Assembly (NCBI RefSeq): GCF_009914755.1
Contig: NC_060934.1
Origin: the human T2T-CHM13v2.0 reference genome, Homo sapiens
Strand: one strand, 5' to 3'
Length of the DNA stretch: 64,000 nucleotides
Shown here: in pieces, positions 13,617-28,419 of the stretch
Layout: each line of letters begins with the position of its first letter
How positions within the stretch are numbered: the stretch's first letter is position 1
Translations under genes and position numbers: made by a program
Notes under the pieces: generated by a model
The model's input: only the letters and a program-made list of their open reading frames with translations
Database searches by the model: none
What the model was told of the DNA's origin: nothing

Positions 13617-14193
13617 ATTCAATGGATAGCTTAACCAGAAAGTTAGAAATAAAAAGTTCCAGAAGGGTGAAAGCAAATGAGGAGAGGCAGTATTCAAAGA
13701 AATAATGGCTACAGTCTTCCAGAACTGTTGAAGGACATGAATCCTTAAATTCAGGAAGCACAGGCTCCATACAGGATAAAAATAAATCCACATATCTCTG
13801 AGGACTGAACCAGAAGGGGAAAAACACCCATAAATCAGAGTGAAACTGCAGAACACCAATGACAAACAGATGATAACCACAAAGGAATAACTTTGAAAAA
13901 TTTATGTGGAAAAAAGACACGTAAATCATAATGAAACTGCAGAACACCAATGACAAACAGATGATATCCACAAAGGAACAACTTTTAAAACAGACAAAAT
14001 AAACAATTTTCTAGAAAAATCTTACCAAAATAGACTGAAAGCAATATTGAACACCTGAAGATATTTTTTAAAGTGTACAAATCAGCAGCCTTTAGTACAT
14101 TCACAATGTTGTGCGATCACCACTTCCATCTGGTTCCAAAGCACTTTCATCACCCCATAAAAGAACCCTATACCCATTAAGAAATCACTCCCC

Positions 14194-14510
<317 letters not shown>

Positions 14511-16347
14511 AAATCACTCCCCATCCCCCTCCCCACCCCAGCCTCTCACAACCATTCATCTGCTTTCTGTCTATAGAATTCCCTGTTCTGTGTATTTTAT
14601 ATAAATGGTATCATACAATATATGTTATCTTCTGTGTCATCCTTGTTGCATCAGTACTTCATCCCTTTTGTGGCTGAGTAATATTCCACTGTGTAGATAG
14701 ACCACATTTTGTTTATCTATTCATCTGTCAATGGACGCTTCAACTGTGTCCACATTTTGACCATTGTGAATAGTGCTACTATGAATATTCACATACAAGT
14801 ATTTGTTTGAGCACCAGTTTTCAGTTTGTGGAATATTCCACAAAGTATAATTGTTGGATCATATGGTAATTGTATGTTTAACTTTTTGAGGAAACACCAA
14901 ACTATTTTTCACAGTGGTTGCACCATTTTACATTCTCACCAGCAATGTATAAAGGTTTGCTTATCCATGTCCTTGTCAACATTTGTTATTGAGTTTTAAA
15001 AAAATTATTATAGTCATGCTAGTGACTGTGAAGTGGTACCTCATCACAGTTTTGACTTGCCTTTCCCTAAAGACTAATGATGTCAAGCATCTTTTCATGT
15101 GCTTTTTGGCCATTTGTATATCTTCTTTGGGAAATGTCTATTCAGATTCTTCAAGCATTTTTAATTGGGTTGTCTTTTTGTTAAGCTCCCAATTTATCTT
15201 GCACCTTATGTTAATTATTTATTAACAACTGTACTGAGATATAATTCATATACCATATAACTCATTTATTTCAGTAGTACAATTCAGCAGCTTTTAGTAT
15301 ACTCAAAGATACATGCAACCATCACCACCTCAATTTTACATTTTCATCATCTGAAAACCTAAAAATCACCTCCAAACCCCCAACTTTTTAACTATTGTCC
15401 CCACTTATGACCCTTTAAGCAACCTACTTACCACTCTTTCTTTAAGCAACCACTAACCTACTTCCTGTTTCTATAGATTTCCCTATTCTGGACTTTTATA
15501 TGGATGGGATCATAGCATGTGGTCTTTCATGACTTTTTCACTTAGCAGGAAATTTTAGAGGTTCATCAGTGTTATAGCATGTATCAGTGTATCCGTCCTT
15601 CATTGCTTTTTGGGGCTGAATAATATTCCATTGTATAGATATACTGCATTTTAAAATCCATTCACCTATTGATGTATATTTGAGCTGTTTCCACTTTTTG
15701 GCTATTACGAACAATGCTGCTAGAGATTCATTTACAAGTTTCTGTGTGGACATAAGTCTTCATTTCACTTGGTTATATACCTAGGAGAGGAATTTCTAGG
15801 TCATAGGCTAGCTCTGTGTTTAATCATTTGAGAAATTGCAACTGTTTTCTAAAGTGGCTGCACCATTTTACATTCTCACCAGCAGTATCTGTGGCTTCCA
15901 ATCTCTCTACAATCTCTTGTCAACACTTGTTACTATCTTTTTTATTTTAGCCAACTTAGTGGGTGTGAAGTGATATCTCATTGTGGTTTTGCTTTGCATT
16001 TCCCTGATGACTAATGATGTCAAGCATCTTTTCATGTGCTTATTGGCCATTTTTATATATTTGGGAAAATGTCTAATCAGATCCTTTGTCCATTTTTAAA
16101 GTTATTTCTGAGTCTTTATTAGATATGATTCACAAATATTTTCTCCAATTCTGTAGGTTGTCTTTTCCCTTTCTTGATGGTATCCTTCAAAGCACAAAAG
16201 CTTTAAATTTCAATGAAGTCCAAATTCTCTTCTTTTGCTGCTTGTGTTTTTAATGTCATATCTTAGAATGCTTGCCAAGCCCAAGTTCATGAAGATTTAC
16301 CCATTTTCTTCTAAGAGTTTTATAGGTTTTGCTTTGATAGTTAGGTC

Positions 16348-16634
<287 letters not shown>

Positions 16635-16654
16635 TCTTTCATCTATTTTAACTT

Positions 16655-16953
16655 GTTTTCTTTTTTCTTTTTTTTGAGATAGGGTCTTGCTCTGTCACCC
16701 AGGCTGGAGTACAGTGGCATGCTCATGGATCACTACAACCTTGACCTCCTGGGCTCAAGTGATCCTCTCACCATAGCCTCCTGAGTAGCTGGGACTACAG
16801 ATGCACATGACCATGACCAGCTAACTTGTTTTTTCTGTAGAGACATGACTTTGCCATGTTGCCCAGGCTGGTCTGAAACTCCTGGACTCAAGCAATCTGC
16901 CCCTTTGCCTCCCAAAGTGCTAAGACTACAGGCATGGGCCGTCATACCCAGCC
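16655..16953 (-). mobile_element. Alu (AluJ-like)
   Basis: Reverse Alu with J-type ctcctgggctcaag. Confidence 0.92.
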
Positions 16954-17452
16954 AACTTTTTAAATATAATGTAAGGTAAGTGTCCAACTTCATTCTTTTG
17001 CACGTGACTATCCACTTGTCCCAGCACCATTTGTTGAAAAGACTGTTCTTTCCCCACTGAATGGACTTGGCACCTTTACTGAAAATCAGTTGACTACAGA
17101 TGTTTGCGTTTATTTCTGGAATCACCATTTTTTAAAAAATACAATGATCTATGTCTACCCTTGTGCCAGTAACACACTTCTTAATTACTATTGTTTTGTA
17201 ATTCAAAATGAAGAAATGTGGGTTTTTCTACTTTATTCTTTTTCAGGATTTCTTTGGCTATTCTGGGTCCCTTGCAATTTCATATAACTCTTAGCATCAG
17301 CTTGTCAATTTCTGCAAAGATGTCAGCAGAGATTCTGACAGGGATTATGCTGAATCTGCAGACAAGTTTGAGGAATATTGTCATCTTAACAGCATTAACT
17401 CTTCTGATCCATGAACATGGGATGTTTTTCCATTTATTTAGGTCTTCTTTAA

Positions 17453-17894
<442 letters not shown>

Positions 17895-20800
17895 CAACTG
17901 ATTTTTAAATACTGATGTTGTATCCTCCCATCTTGCTGAACTCACTTATTAGTTTCAATAGTTTTTTTTTTTTTTTTTTGGTGGATTCCCTAGAATCTTC
18001 TACATACAAGATCATGTCATTTGTGAACAGTCTTTCTTCTTCCTTTCCAACCTTTATTTTCTTCTTGCATAATTGCAATGGCTTAGACCCTCCAGTACAA
18101 TGTTAAATAGAAGTGTGATAATGGGCATCCTTGTCTTATTTCTAATCTCAGTGGGAAAGCATTCAGTTTTTCACCATTAAGTATAAAGAAAGCTGTAGAT
18201 TTTTCATAGATGTTCTTTATCAGGTTAAGGTAGTTTCCTTCCGTTCCTCGTTTTTCAAACATTTTTATGATGAAAGGGTGTTGGATTTATTCAAATGCAG
18301 CTATTTTTGCATCAGTAGAGATGACTTTTTTATTATATTGATATAATGTATTACATTGATTTTCACATGTTAAGCCAATCTTATATCCCTGGGATAAATC
18401 CTACTTGGTGATGGTGCATAATTATTTTTATATGTTGCTGGATTTGGTTTGCAGCATTTAGTTGAGGATTTTTGCAGGTATTTCATAAGACATATTGGTC
18501 TGCAGTTTTCTTGTAATATCTTTGAGCAGTTTTGTTATCAGGGCAATACTGGGAAGTACTCCCTCCTATTTCTTGAAAGAGTTTGAGAATAATTGCTATA
18601 ATTTATTTGATTGTTTGGTAGAACACAGTGGTAAAACTGTCTGTGCCTGGACTATTCTTTGTGGGCAATTTTCTGATTCCTGGTTTAATCTGTTCACTAG
18701 TTATAGGTCTATTCAGATTGCCCATTTCTGTAAGGTTGGTAGTAGTGTCTACTCTTTCATATCAGATCCTAGTAATTTGAGTATTGCCTTTTTATTGGTC
18801 AACCTAGTGAAATATTTGTCATATTTATTGATCTTTTCAAATTACCAGTTTCTAGTAATATTTTCTCTATTGTTTTTCTATTCTTTCATTAATTTCTACT
18901 CTAATTTTATTATTTCCTTCCTTCTGCTTGCTTTAGGTTTAGTTTGTTCTTCTTTCTTCAGTGACTTAAGGTGGAAGAAAGGTTATTGCTTTATTTCTTC
19001 CTTAATACAGGCATTTACACCTATAAATTTCCTCTAAGCACTTTTTTAGCTGCATCCGTACAGTTTACTTGTGTCTTAATTTTCATTAGCCTCAAAGTGC
19101 TGATTACCTTCTTGTTTTCTTCTTTGGTCTATTGGTCATTTAGTAGTGTGTTGTTCAATTTCCTAATTGTGAGTTCTTCAAATGTTCCCATTTTTTATTT
19201 CTAATTTAATCCTGTGATTATGTTCACAAAATGCACTTTGCATTATTTCTATCCTTTTAAACGTATTGAAGTTTCATGGTCTAGCATAAGGCCTATCCTG
19301 AAGAATGTTCTATGAGCATTTGATAATGTATATGCTGTAGCGCTTGGGTGAAGTGTTCTATAGATGTCTGTTAGGGCTAGTTGGTTTACAGCGTTGGTCA
19401 AGTTTTCTATTTCATTGTTAACCTTGTGTCTAGTTTTGTCCATTACTGAAAATAGGTTATGGAGTCTCCAATTATTATTGTGACCATTTTCTTCTTCCAT
19501 TTCTGTCAGTTTTTGCTTTCTGTGTTTTGATACTGTTAAGTTCATACATATGTTTACAACTGTTATATCTTTTTGATGGGTTAACCTTTTTATCATTATA
19601 AAATGTCTCTATCTCTAGGAGCATTTTTGTCTTAAAGTCTACTTTGTCTGACACTAGTATAGCCAGTCCAGCTTTCTTATGGCAATTGTTTGCACTATTT
19701 CTTTTTGTATCCTTTTAATCTATCTGTGTCTTTGAGCCTAAAGTGTGTTATCTATGGGAGCATAGATAACATAGAGTTGGAATGTATTTTTAATCCAATC
19801 TGATAGTCTCTGCCTGATTAAATTCATTAACATTTATTATTGATAAGTTGAATACACATTACTTTTTGTTTTCTAGTATCCATTGTGTTCTTTTCATTCT
19901 CTTTTAATATTGCCTTTTGCATCGAGTATTTTCTAAGGTAGTATTTTAATTTGATTAATGATTTTTCAACTATATTTCTGGAGTTATTTTATTAGTGGTT
20001 GCTCTAGTGTTTACCATATACATCTTATCAGAATCTGTTAGAATTACACAAGCTTAACTCCAATAATATATAGAAGCTTTACTCTTATATAGCTATATTC
20101 CCTTTCCCCCTTTTTGTGATATTTTAGGTATACATATGGTATCTATTAATGTTACAAATCCAACACATTGTTATAATTATTACTTTACCATCTGCCATCA
20201 TTTAATTAGTCTACTACAGCTTTGCTCCCAGCCACCTCCTTTGTGCTGTTTTGACAAATGTTACATATATGACATTTCTGTATGTTATAGACCAATACAT
20301 CATATACGTATTATTTGATACAGTTGCATTTTAATCAGTTAAGAGGAGAAAAATATGCATTTATGTGACTTTTATAATTATATAATTGCTTTTACTGGTG
20401 CTCTTCTCTTGCTTTCAGCCTAAAGAACTTCATTTAATACTTCTTATTAGGCAGGTTGGTTAACAACAATTTTTCTGTTTTTGTTTATCTGGGAAAGTAT
20501 TTCACTTATATTTTTGAATAATACATTTGCTGGATATAGGATTCTTGGTTGACAGTTTTTTTTCTTCAAGCACTTTGACTGTTATACCTGCCTTCTGGCC
20601 TCCATTATTTCTTTTGAGAAGTCAAGTATTAATTTTGTTCTCTAAGTGATGTATCTTTTTTTCACTCACTACTTTCAAGGTTTTCTCATCTTTGATTTCA
20701 GCATTTTTGACTATGATGTGTCTGTGAATCCCTCTGCATTTATCATGCTGGAAGTTCACTAAGCTTCCTAGATGTTTTTCAATCAATTTGGAGAGTTTTC

Positions 20801-21279
20801 AGTCATTGTATCTTTAAATATTTCCTTTTTCTTCTGCTCTTCTTGTACTCCCATTACATGCATACTTAATGGTGCACATAATGGTGCTTCACATTTCTCT
20901 GAGGTTTTGCTCATTTTTCATTTTTTTTCTCTCTGTTCTTTGGAAAGCATATCTCTCTTATTCTATCTGCCAGTTGGCTGACAATTTCTTCTGCCAGTTC
21001 AAATCTACTATTGAACCCCTTTAGTGCATTTTTTCCTTATTATAGTTTTTAACTTCATGAATTTAGCTCTTGCCACTTGAAGCTGGAGGGGATAAGAAAT
21101 GCTGGCATCTTGCCCCTCCCTGTGAGGTACCATACCTCTGGACAGGGAGCTGAGGGAGACGGAGCTCTGTTTTCTTGGCTGCACCCACTGAAATGGGAGG
21201 GAGGGAGTGAGTGTGTTGTGGCTGAAATGTCTGACTCACTGTTCTTACCAAGATTTGGATTTTCTTGAATAAGCGTTAC

Positions 21280-21285
21280 TTTATT
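21280..21285 (-). terminator. Candidate distal ERCC6 poly(A) signal AATAAA
   Basis: tttatt on +; ~4.3 kb after the stop, within old L1 sequence. Confidence 0.4.
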
Positions 21286-21439
21286 CTACATGCTTTTAGG
21301 ACAATTTCCAGTGGCATTAAGTGTTTGTGTCTCTCTGTATGAGAGGAAGGTGTTTATTTTTTGTTACAATTTTCACTAGTTATAGCTAATTCCTAGGACA
21401 GTGGGTCCACAGGGCCCTTCACATTGCCATTCTGGAAGT

Positions 21440-22870
21440 GAAAATCTAAAAGATATTTCAATGTTAGAAAATTTAACTGTGTACTTTACTACACCAAGAA
21501 AAGCTATACAATTATATCAATATATACCAGAAAAGACTTTGAGGACAATCATTCTACCATTTGTGATAATCAATTATGATACCACAATGATAAAAACAGT
21601 GGGTTACTAAGCAAAGTTAGATAAATGGACCAATTTAACAGAATGCAGAGCCAAGAAACATTTCCGTACATTATATGTAAATTGGTAAAGGTGGCCTTAT
21701 ACATCAGGAGGAAAATAATAAACTATTTTTTAAAGGTGCTAGGGAAACTAGCTATCCATATGGGATTAATAATTCGTAAGAATGTATTCATGACCCTAGC
21801 TAGGGAATGGTTCTTAAATAAACAAAAAAAAATGGAAAGACTGAATTTACTATATTTTAAAACTTCCGTATGATAAACATCACAAAATAGATATGTGAAT
21901 ATGCTAATTCTCCATATTTTTATGTAAGTTAAAAGACTCACAACCAAAACTAAAAATCTATAAAACACCTAGGAATAAGCCTATTATGAAATGTGCAAGA
22001 CATTTATGAAGAAAGTTATTAAAATTTCATCCAAGAATATAAAAGACTTTAATAAAATGAGGCCTATCATAACACTAATCAGAAACATTATATTAATTAT
22101 AAAGAGGTCTATTATTCTCAAATTAATGTGTAAACAAATGCAATCCTAGTCAAAAGAACACCACAATTTTACTGGAATTTAATAAACTAATTCTTGATTC
22201 AGCTGGAACAGAAAACACCCAAGTATAAGACACTGAAGAGGGGGAGAAAGGAAAAGGAACTTGCCCATGAATGGCAAAACACAATGCAAAGCACCAAATG
22301 ACAGCGTGAGGAGTGTGGTTGGTAGAACCAACACCTGGATCCACAGGACAGAAATAGACAACTTAGCATGTGATGAGTTGAAAGCTGACATTTTAAACTG
22401 GTGGAGAAAAGAATATTTGTTGATCATTGGAATAACTGCCTTTTTGTTTTTGTTTAGGGGAGCAATCCTAAAAGATAAACAACCCACAGGAAAACTAGGC
22501 CAACATAACACTAATAGGCAATGTACGGTAGAGATCTACAAATGGCCAATAAACATGGAAATGTTTGATTTTGTACGTAATCAGGGAAATTCAAGTGAAA
22601 ACAAGGTACTTTCAATCACGAGACTGGTTAAAACAAAACAAAACAACCTATCGATATTGATACCACTTACTGTTGGCAAGGGTTTGGAGAAATGGGTCCT
22701 TTTATGGAGGGTGAATTGATGCAAGCAATTCTGCTACATCCACTGACATTTAAAATCTACATCATTAATCCAACAATTCTGTGCAGGCAGAGCTATACTT
22801 ACAGGAATAGAAATGTCTTGCATATAATATTAAATGAAAAGTTAGTTGCAAAATAAGGATGGTATAAGGC
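21440..22870 (+). mobile_element. Decayed L1 ORF2/3' fragments
   Basis: aaaacacctaggaataagcc, aatcagggaaattcaagtgaaaac. Confidence 0.6.
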
Positions 22871-22879
22871 CATTAATAT

Positions 22880-23296
22880 AAATTACATATTTAAAGCAAA
22901 CTAATTGCTATAATAGACTTCAAAAGACAGTAGCTTAAGCAAGTCAGTATTTTATTTTACTCTTAAATAACAGGTCAAAGGAGAGCAGTTCAAGACTGGC
23001 AGGCCAACTTCTCCTTCCTCAACACATCACTTCCATCTCTTGAGATGCCAGGTCACTACTGAAGCTCCCATTGGCCTCCCAGCCAGCAAGAAAGGGGAAT
23101 GTCAAGGAGAGTGCATACCCTGCTTCTTTAAAGGGCCAATTGGGAAGTTTAAAACTTAGTCATATGGCCACAATTAACTATAAGAGAGGCTGAGAAGTAG
23201 TCTTAAGCTGAGCAGCCAGACGTCCAGGTAAAACTCAAAAATTTTATTAGTAAAGGAAGAATGGGAAAATGACATTATAGCAGCAGTCTGTGTCAT
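22880..23296 (-). mobile_element. Old MaLR LTR (MLT1-like)
   Basis: ttagtcatatggccacaattaactataagagaggctgagaagtagtct resembles reverse MLT1K/L; native AATAAA position near 22951. Confidence 0.55.
23243..23248 (-). terminator. Candidate ERCC6 poly(A) signal AATAAA (about 7-kb mRNA)
   Basis: tttatt on +; ~2.35 kb after the stop, compatible with the long CSB mRNA class. Confidence 0.45.
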
Positions 23297-25598
23297 GTGA
23301 TTCTCTAAATGCATGGAGAATACACACCAAACCTAGGGCTGTACTTAGCTGTGGAACAGGTGCAAGATGGTGTGGGGGTGGGGAGGCAGACTATTGCTTG
23401 AACATTTTTAATGGTGATAGTATTAACATTTAATTTTTTGACAAAATTTTAAAATCCTTTATTTGTGCTGATAAAGCATGTTAAATACATTAAATCTATT
23501 TACACTGTACAAAGCTTTTAAAGTTCTAAAAATCAGATTTTTATCTAAATGAATAAATTTCTCTGTATTGTTAAAACCATTCTACTTAACTGCATTGTTC
23601 TCCAAGTCCCTCCAGCCAGGAGGCACGGTAACAATGTGTCAGATCTCCACACTGAGACACCACCTTCCCAAGATCATGGTACATCAGCAGCAGAACTGAG
23701 ACAAAAACTGGAACAAGGACCACCTTGCTCCTACTGCATTATAGCTTTTGATAGTATTTGCTACTTGAGGAGGAGGCTATACCTTGTCTAGCTCAATACA
23801 GTTTATGTTTCAGACACTATAAGTATGATACCCAAATGCTTCATGAGTGAACAAGGTCAGCAGATCACCCTGAGAACAAGGAAGACACAATTTCCTTATA
23901 GGCTAATGATTATAAAAATAGAAATTAAGAGCTCCCCAGAAACAAACCACTTAGTCAAAAAGGAAGGAGTTTTGACTTTCTTCTAAGCCAAGTACTCAAG
24001 TTTAAGACTTATTGGCCTATTTAAAAATTCTTTCTATGACTTCTAAACAATGATGGCAAAGTGACAAAAATAATGTAATCATCTTCTTCCCTCATTATAT
24101 ATAAACCAAACTAAAAACAAAAGAAATGAACAAGCTATAATCCAAAAAAAACTAGAAAATCCTGACAGGAATCATATAGAACATCTCTAAGAAAAGGATT
24201 CTTGGCTTAAGCAAAATATTAGAGCAGAGAAAGCAAAACTCATGTCCTCTCATGCAGTCCGGCAAGGCCCCCCTGCCCAGAACCCTCCTCTCTGAGTCAC
24301 ATGGATGAGCAGACAGAAGATCTGGACACAGCTATCCATGTTAAGCATGAGAGAGATGTAAAGAAATAGCAGGGTAGGAGGGCAGGCATACTACAGAAAA
24401 ATGAGAGAGAGGAAAAGAGCATGCCAGAGAATACAAATCCAAGAAACAAACTGCACTAAGACAGCTAAGAAGAAATTTCAGGAATACGATGAATTTCGGA
24501 AAACAACACTTCAAAGATGAGATGATAAAATCATCCTGAGAAGGAAACAAGAAAAACATGGGTAAGAAAATAAACTGAGGATCAAAGCAACACCATCACA
24601 GAACCACAAACACATAAACAGTAGTGAGATACAAACAGCCTTGGCTGGAATCCAAACCGCAGAAACAAGAAAGCCCGTCGCAAGGAATGCAAAGGCAGGC
24701 GCAAGACGAAGGCAACTGGAGAGAAGACAGCCTGCCAGCCTGCAGACAAGAGAGGCCTGGAGTGGTGTCACTTCATGGTAACAACGGCTGGGTCTGCTGT
24801 GGGCTGCAGTGATGTTTGTGTGCATGCATGTGTGTGGTTTTTATGTACCTACTTTTGGCTTTAATTTGATTTTTTTTAATGATAACACATTTTGTGACTG
24901 TAGGAGAGAAAAAGATGCCCTCTGCTTAAAGGAAAGCCAGGGTAAACTGAATACCCTACAGCTTTCCACAAATACATGTCTTATCATTTATTACCATACT
25001 ATTTCATGCTTTACTAATAAAAATACTCACCAATTTACCAGTACCTTGAAAAGAGGATCTTTCCAAGAAAATTAATATAATTATCAAACAACAAATAACA
25101 AACCTGACCTTTGTGGGTGGCAAATGGTAAATATAAATGTTTAAAGTTTAAGCATCAAAATAATGCTGTTATCAGATATTGATGAACTTATTGAACAGGT
25201 CTGACTGAATGTAAGACCTGTTTTTAGCACCAATAAAAAAAAATATTGAGATTTCTGTTCTGCAAACTTCTAACTGTGCTCCCTGACAGCATCTTTTGGG
25301 TAAAGGAACAAATGTGCTCCAAGGAGTAACTGTTAGGTACCTGATTTACAATATAATTAGATTGCCAAAAAAAAAAAAATCAATCCAAGTATTTTCTCCT
25401 TTAGCTAGCATTATTAAAACTTTTAACTTTCAGAGAAGAGTTTCTTCTTCCTTAAAGTTTTAATTCTGAGGTAGACATCATGCAAACAAACATCAAGTGC
25501 AGCCAACTTCCATTGACAAACATGATTATTAATAATAAATTAATAATCAGAAATGCCCGTTAGAAAAAGGGACTTGAAAGTTTAGGAAGCAATGTTGT

Positions 25599-26018
<420 letters not shown>

Positions 26019-27150
26019 CTATAAAAAGAAGACCACTATACTGATATATTTAATTTCTAGTTTATGCCCCCACTTCCTTCCCCAAAGGCTGTGAAGGGTC
26101 ACAAGACAACACATGTGCCAGGGTGGTGAGGTTGACAGGGTGAGACTGAGACTCCACCTAATGAAAAGGGAAAGGAGGAGGGCCTGGTATCTAAATCCTC
26201 CCACTGTTAAGAGACCGTTTCCTAAAAAAAAATAAAGAGGGGGCAACCAAGCCATTCCCTTAGTCACCACCACTCAACATGGTGGTGGACAGGAAGGCAG
26301 AGTGGAGGCTTCCAGGCAAGGTTTCAGGAAAATCTGTCTCTAGGAGGCCCAGGACCACTTTCAGTACCTGTGGGCTTTTCCTGTTCTTCCTCTCAAATGG
26401 ACCCTGTACACTGTGGATAAGGAACAATATCATAGCTATACTTCCTTTTCTTCACTTTTAAGTCTTCTTACTCTTTCCTACCTTACATCTAATGCAACTT
26501 GCCTTAAAAAAACACAAATCTAACTCTGAAAGGGTCTCAAATCCCTACTGCTAAAAGCACAGAACATGGGAAGTCAAAAAGGTACTAGTATTCCTAAACA
26601 TGTTCACATTAACTTAAAATTGGAGTCTGAATCTGGGAGTTTTAACATAATCCTTAATCAGAAAGACCAGAAAGACTTCCACTGAATGGTGGAATCTGGA
26701 CTAGTTTTAACCACAGTAGCACTCAAGGCAAGCAGGGCATTCTTGAGCAGAGAAAGACAGGCACTCTGCTCTAGCAGCCAGTGAGTTACAGACACCAACA
26801 TTCAAGGCAGTTTTCTGGACTTTTATTTCAGAGGGTTGTGGTCTCTGGAGCTGGCACTTTCCCTCTAGACAAGGCAGGCTGTCCTAGCAGCGACACACCT
26901 ATCCCTGTGTCAACCTTCTAATGGCAAAACAGAAATGCTGCTACGGATCTTGGGTTAAAGACTTTGTCTTTAGGAAATCAGCAGGTCCTTTTAGATTCAA
27001 GTGAATGTGCATCGTAAATCAGAGCGTGCAACACAAATATCAGGTGTCATTACACCAGAGATGACCATTTTCTTCACATCCAGAATCAGGTGAAATTTTC
27101 ACAGCATTCAATCAAGCAAGTCTCACCCTGGAAAGCAAAAAGGTTATCTA

Positions 27151-27252
<102 letters not shown>

Positions 27253-27422
27253 TCACAGTAGATTAAATGTTTGCTTTTGAGACTTAGAGATCAAAATATT
27301 CTTTCAACAATGAACTTCTTCCTGGAAACATTTCCATCTGCATGCTTATTCTTTCACAGCCATGCCATTTCTGCTCTATCCCCCTCGATTCTTCCACTCC
27401 ACCCTCCTAGAAAGTAACTGCT

Positions 27423-27692
27423 GGCTGGGCGCAGTGGCTCATGCCTGTAATCCCAACACTTTGGGAGGCTGAGGCAGGCAGATCACTTGAGGTCAGGAGG
27501 TCGAGACTAGCCTGGCCAACATGGTGAAATCCCGTCTCTACTAAAAATACAAAAATTAGCCTGGCATGGTGGCGGGAGCCTGTAATCCCAGCTACTCAGG
27601 AAGCAGAGAATGCAGTGGGCCAAGATCACACCACTGCACTCCAGCCCGGGCGAAAGGGCGAGACTCCATCTCTAAAAAAAGAAAAAAAAAAA
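27423..27692 (+). mobile_element. Alu (AluS-like, right-arm deletion) in ERCC6 intron 19
   Basis: Alu body; TSD aa(a/g)g(t)aactgct-like. Confidence 0.92.
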
Positions 27693-28134
27693 GGAACTGC
27701 TGCATCTCAGAATGAGAACCACTCAGTATCTTGTTCAAAAGATGATGGGAACCATTCTCAATTCCAAGTAGGAAAATCATTCTAAAAGAGCATACTGAAT
27801 AGCAAAGTAATTAATGTGTGCTGTAAACTGGCTAATTATCTCATTAAGGTTTAATCATTATCCTGTATCTCTTACTATTTTTAACAACACCATCTCTCAA
27901 ATAAAATCAATCACTTCTCCTGAAGCCACTTTGGAAAACAGGGGATGAAAGCAAGGAGGAAGGCAAAGTTATAACAGTATTTCTCCAAGTCACCCAGATT
28001 TTGCTGCTATAATCCCTCCCTGGGGATTTATTCCTGAAGAGAAATAACAGTATAAGCCTCCACACCTGCCCTGATTTTATTTCTAGCCTTAGTTGTTTGG
28101 ACTCCTTGCAAGTATGGCATGCAGCAATCTCTTA

Positions 28135-28371
<237 letters not shown>

Positions 28372-28419
28372 TCACTCTGTATGCAAGAAAGACACTTTTC
28401 TCCTCTGTATAAGTACAGT

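Larger units (their letters stand above)
11300..14060 (+). mobile_element. Ancient L1 (L1M) fragments
   Basis: Decayed ORF2-like (attagccaattgaaaccagcagtatattaaaag) and ORF1-like (gcagtattcaaagaaataatggct) tracts. Confidence 0.6.
21260..25598 (-). other. ERCC6: ERCC6 3' UTR region (extent depends on the poly(A) site used)
   Basis: Follows the stop codon. Minus-strand AATAAA hexamers occur at ~24987, 23458-23463, 23243-23248, 22951-22956, 21353-21358 and 21280-21285. The distal end is inferred. Confidence 0.55.

Noticed and set aside
18495-19037. 180-aa hydrophobic ORF
   Set aside because: T-rich antisense strand of L1 ORF2; the hydrophobicity is compositional.
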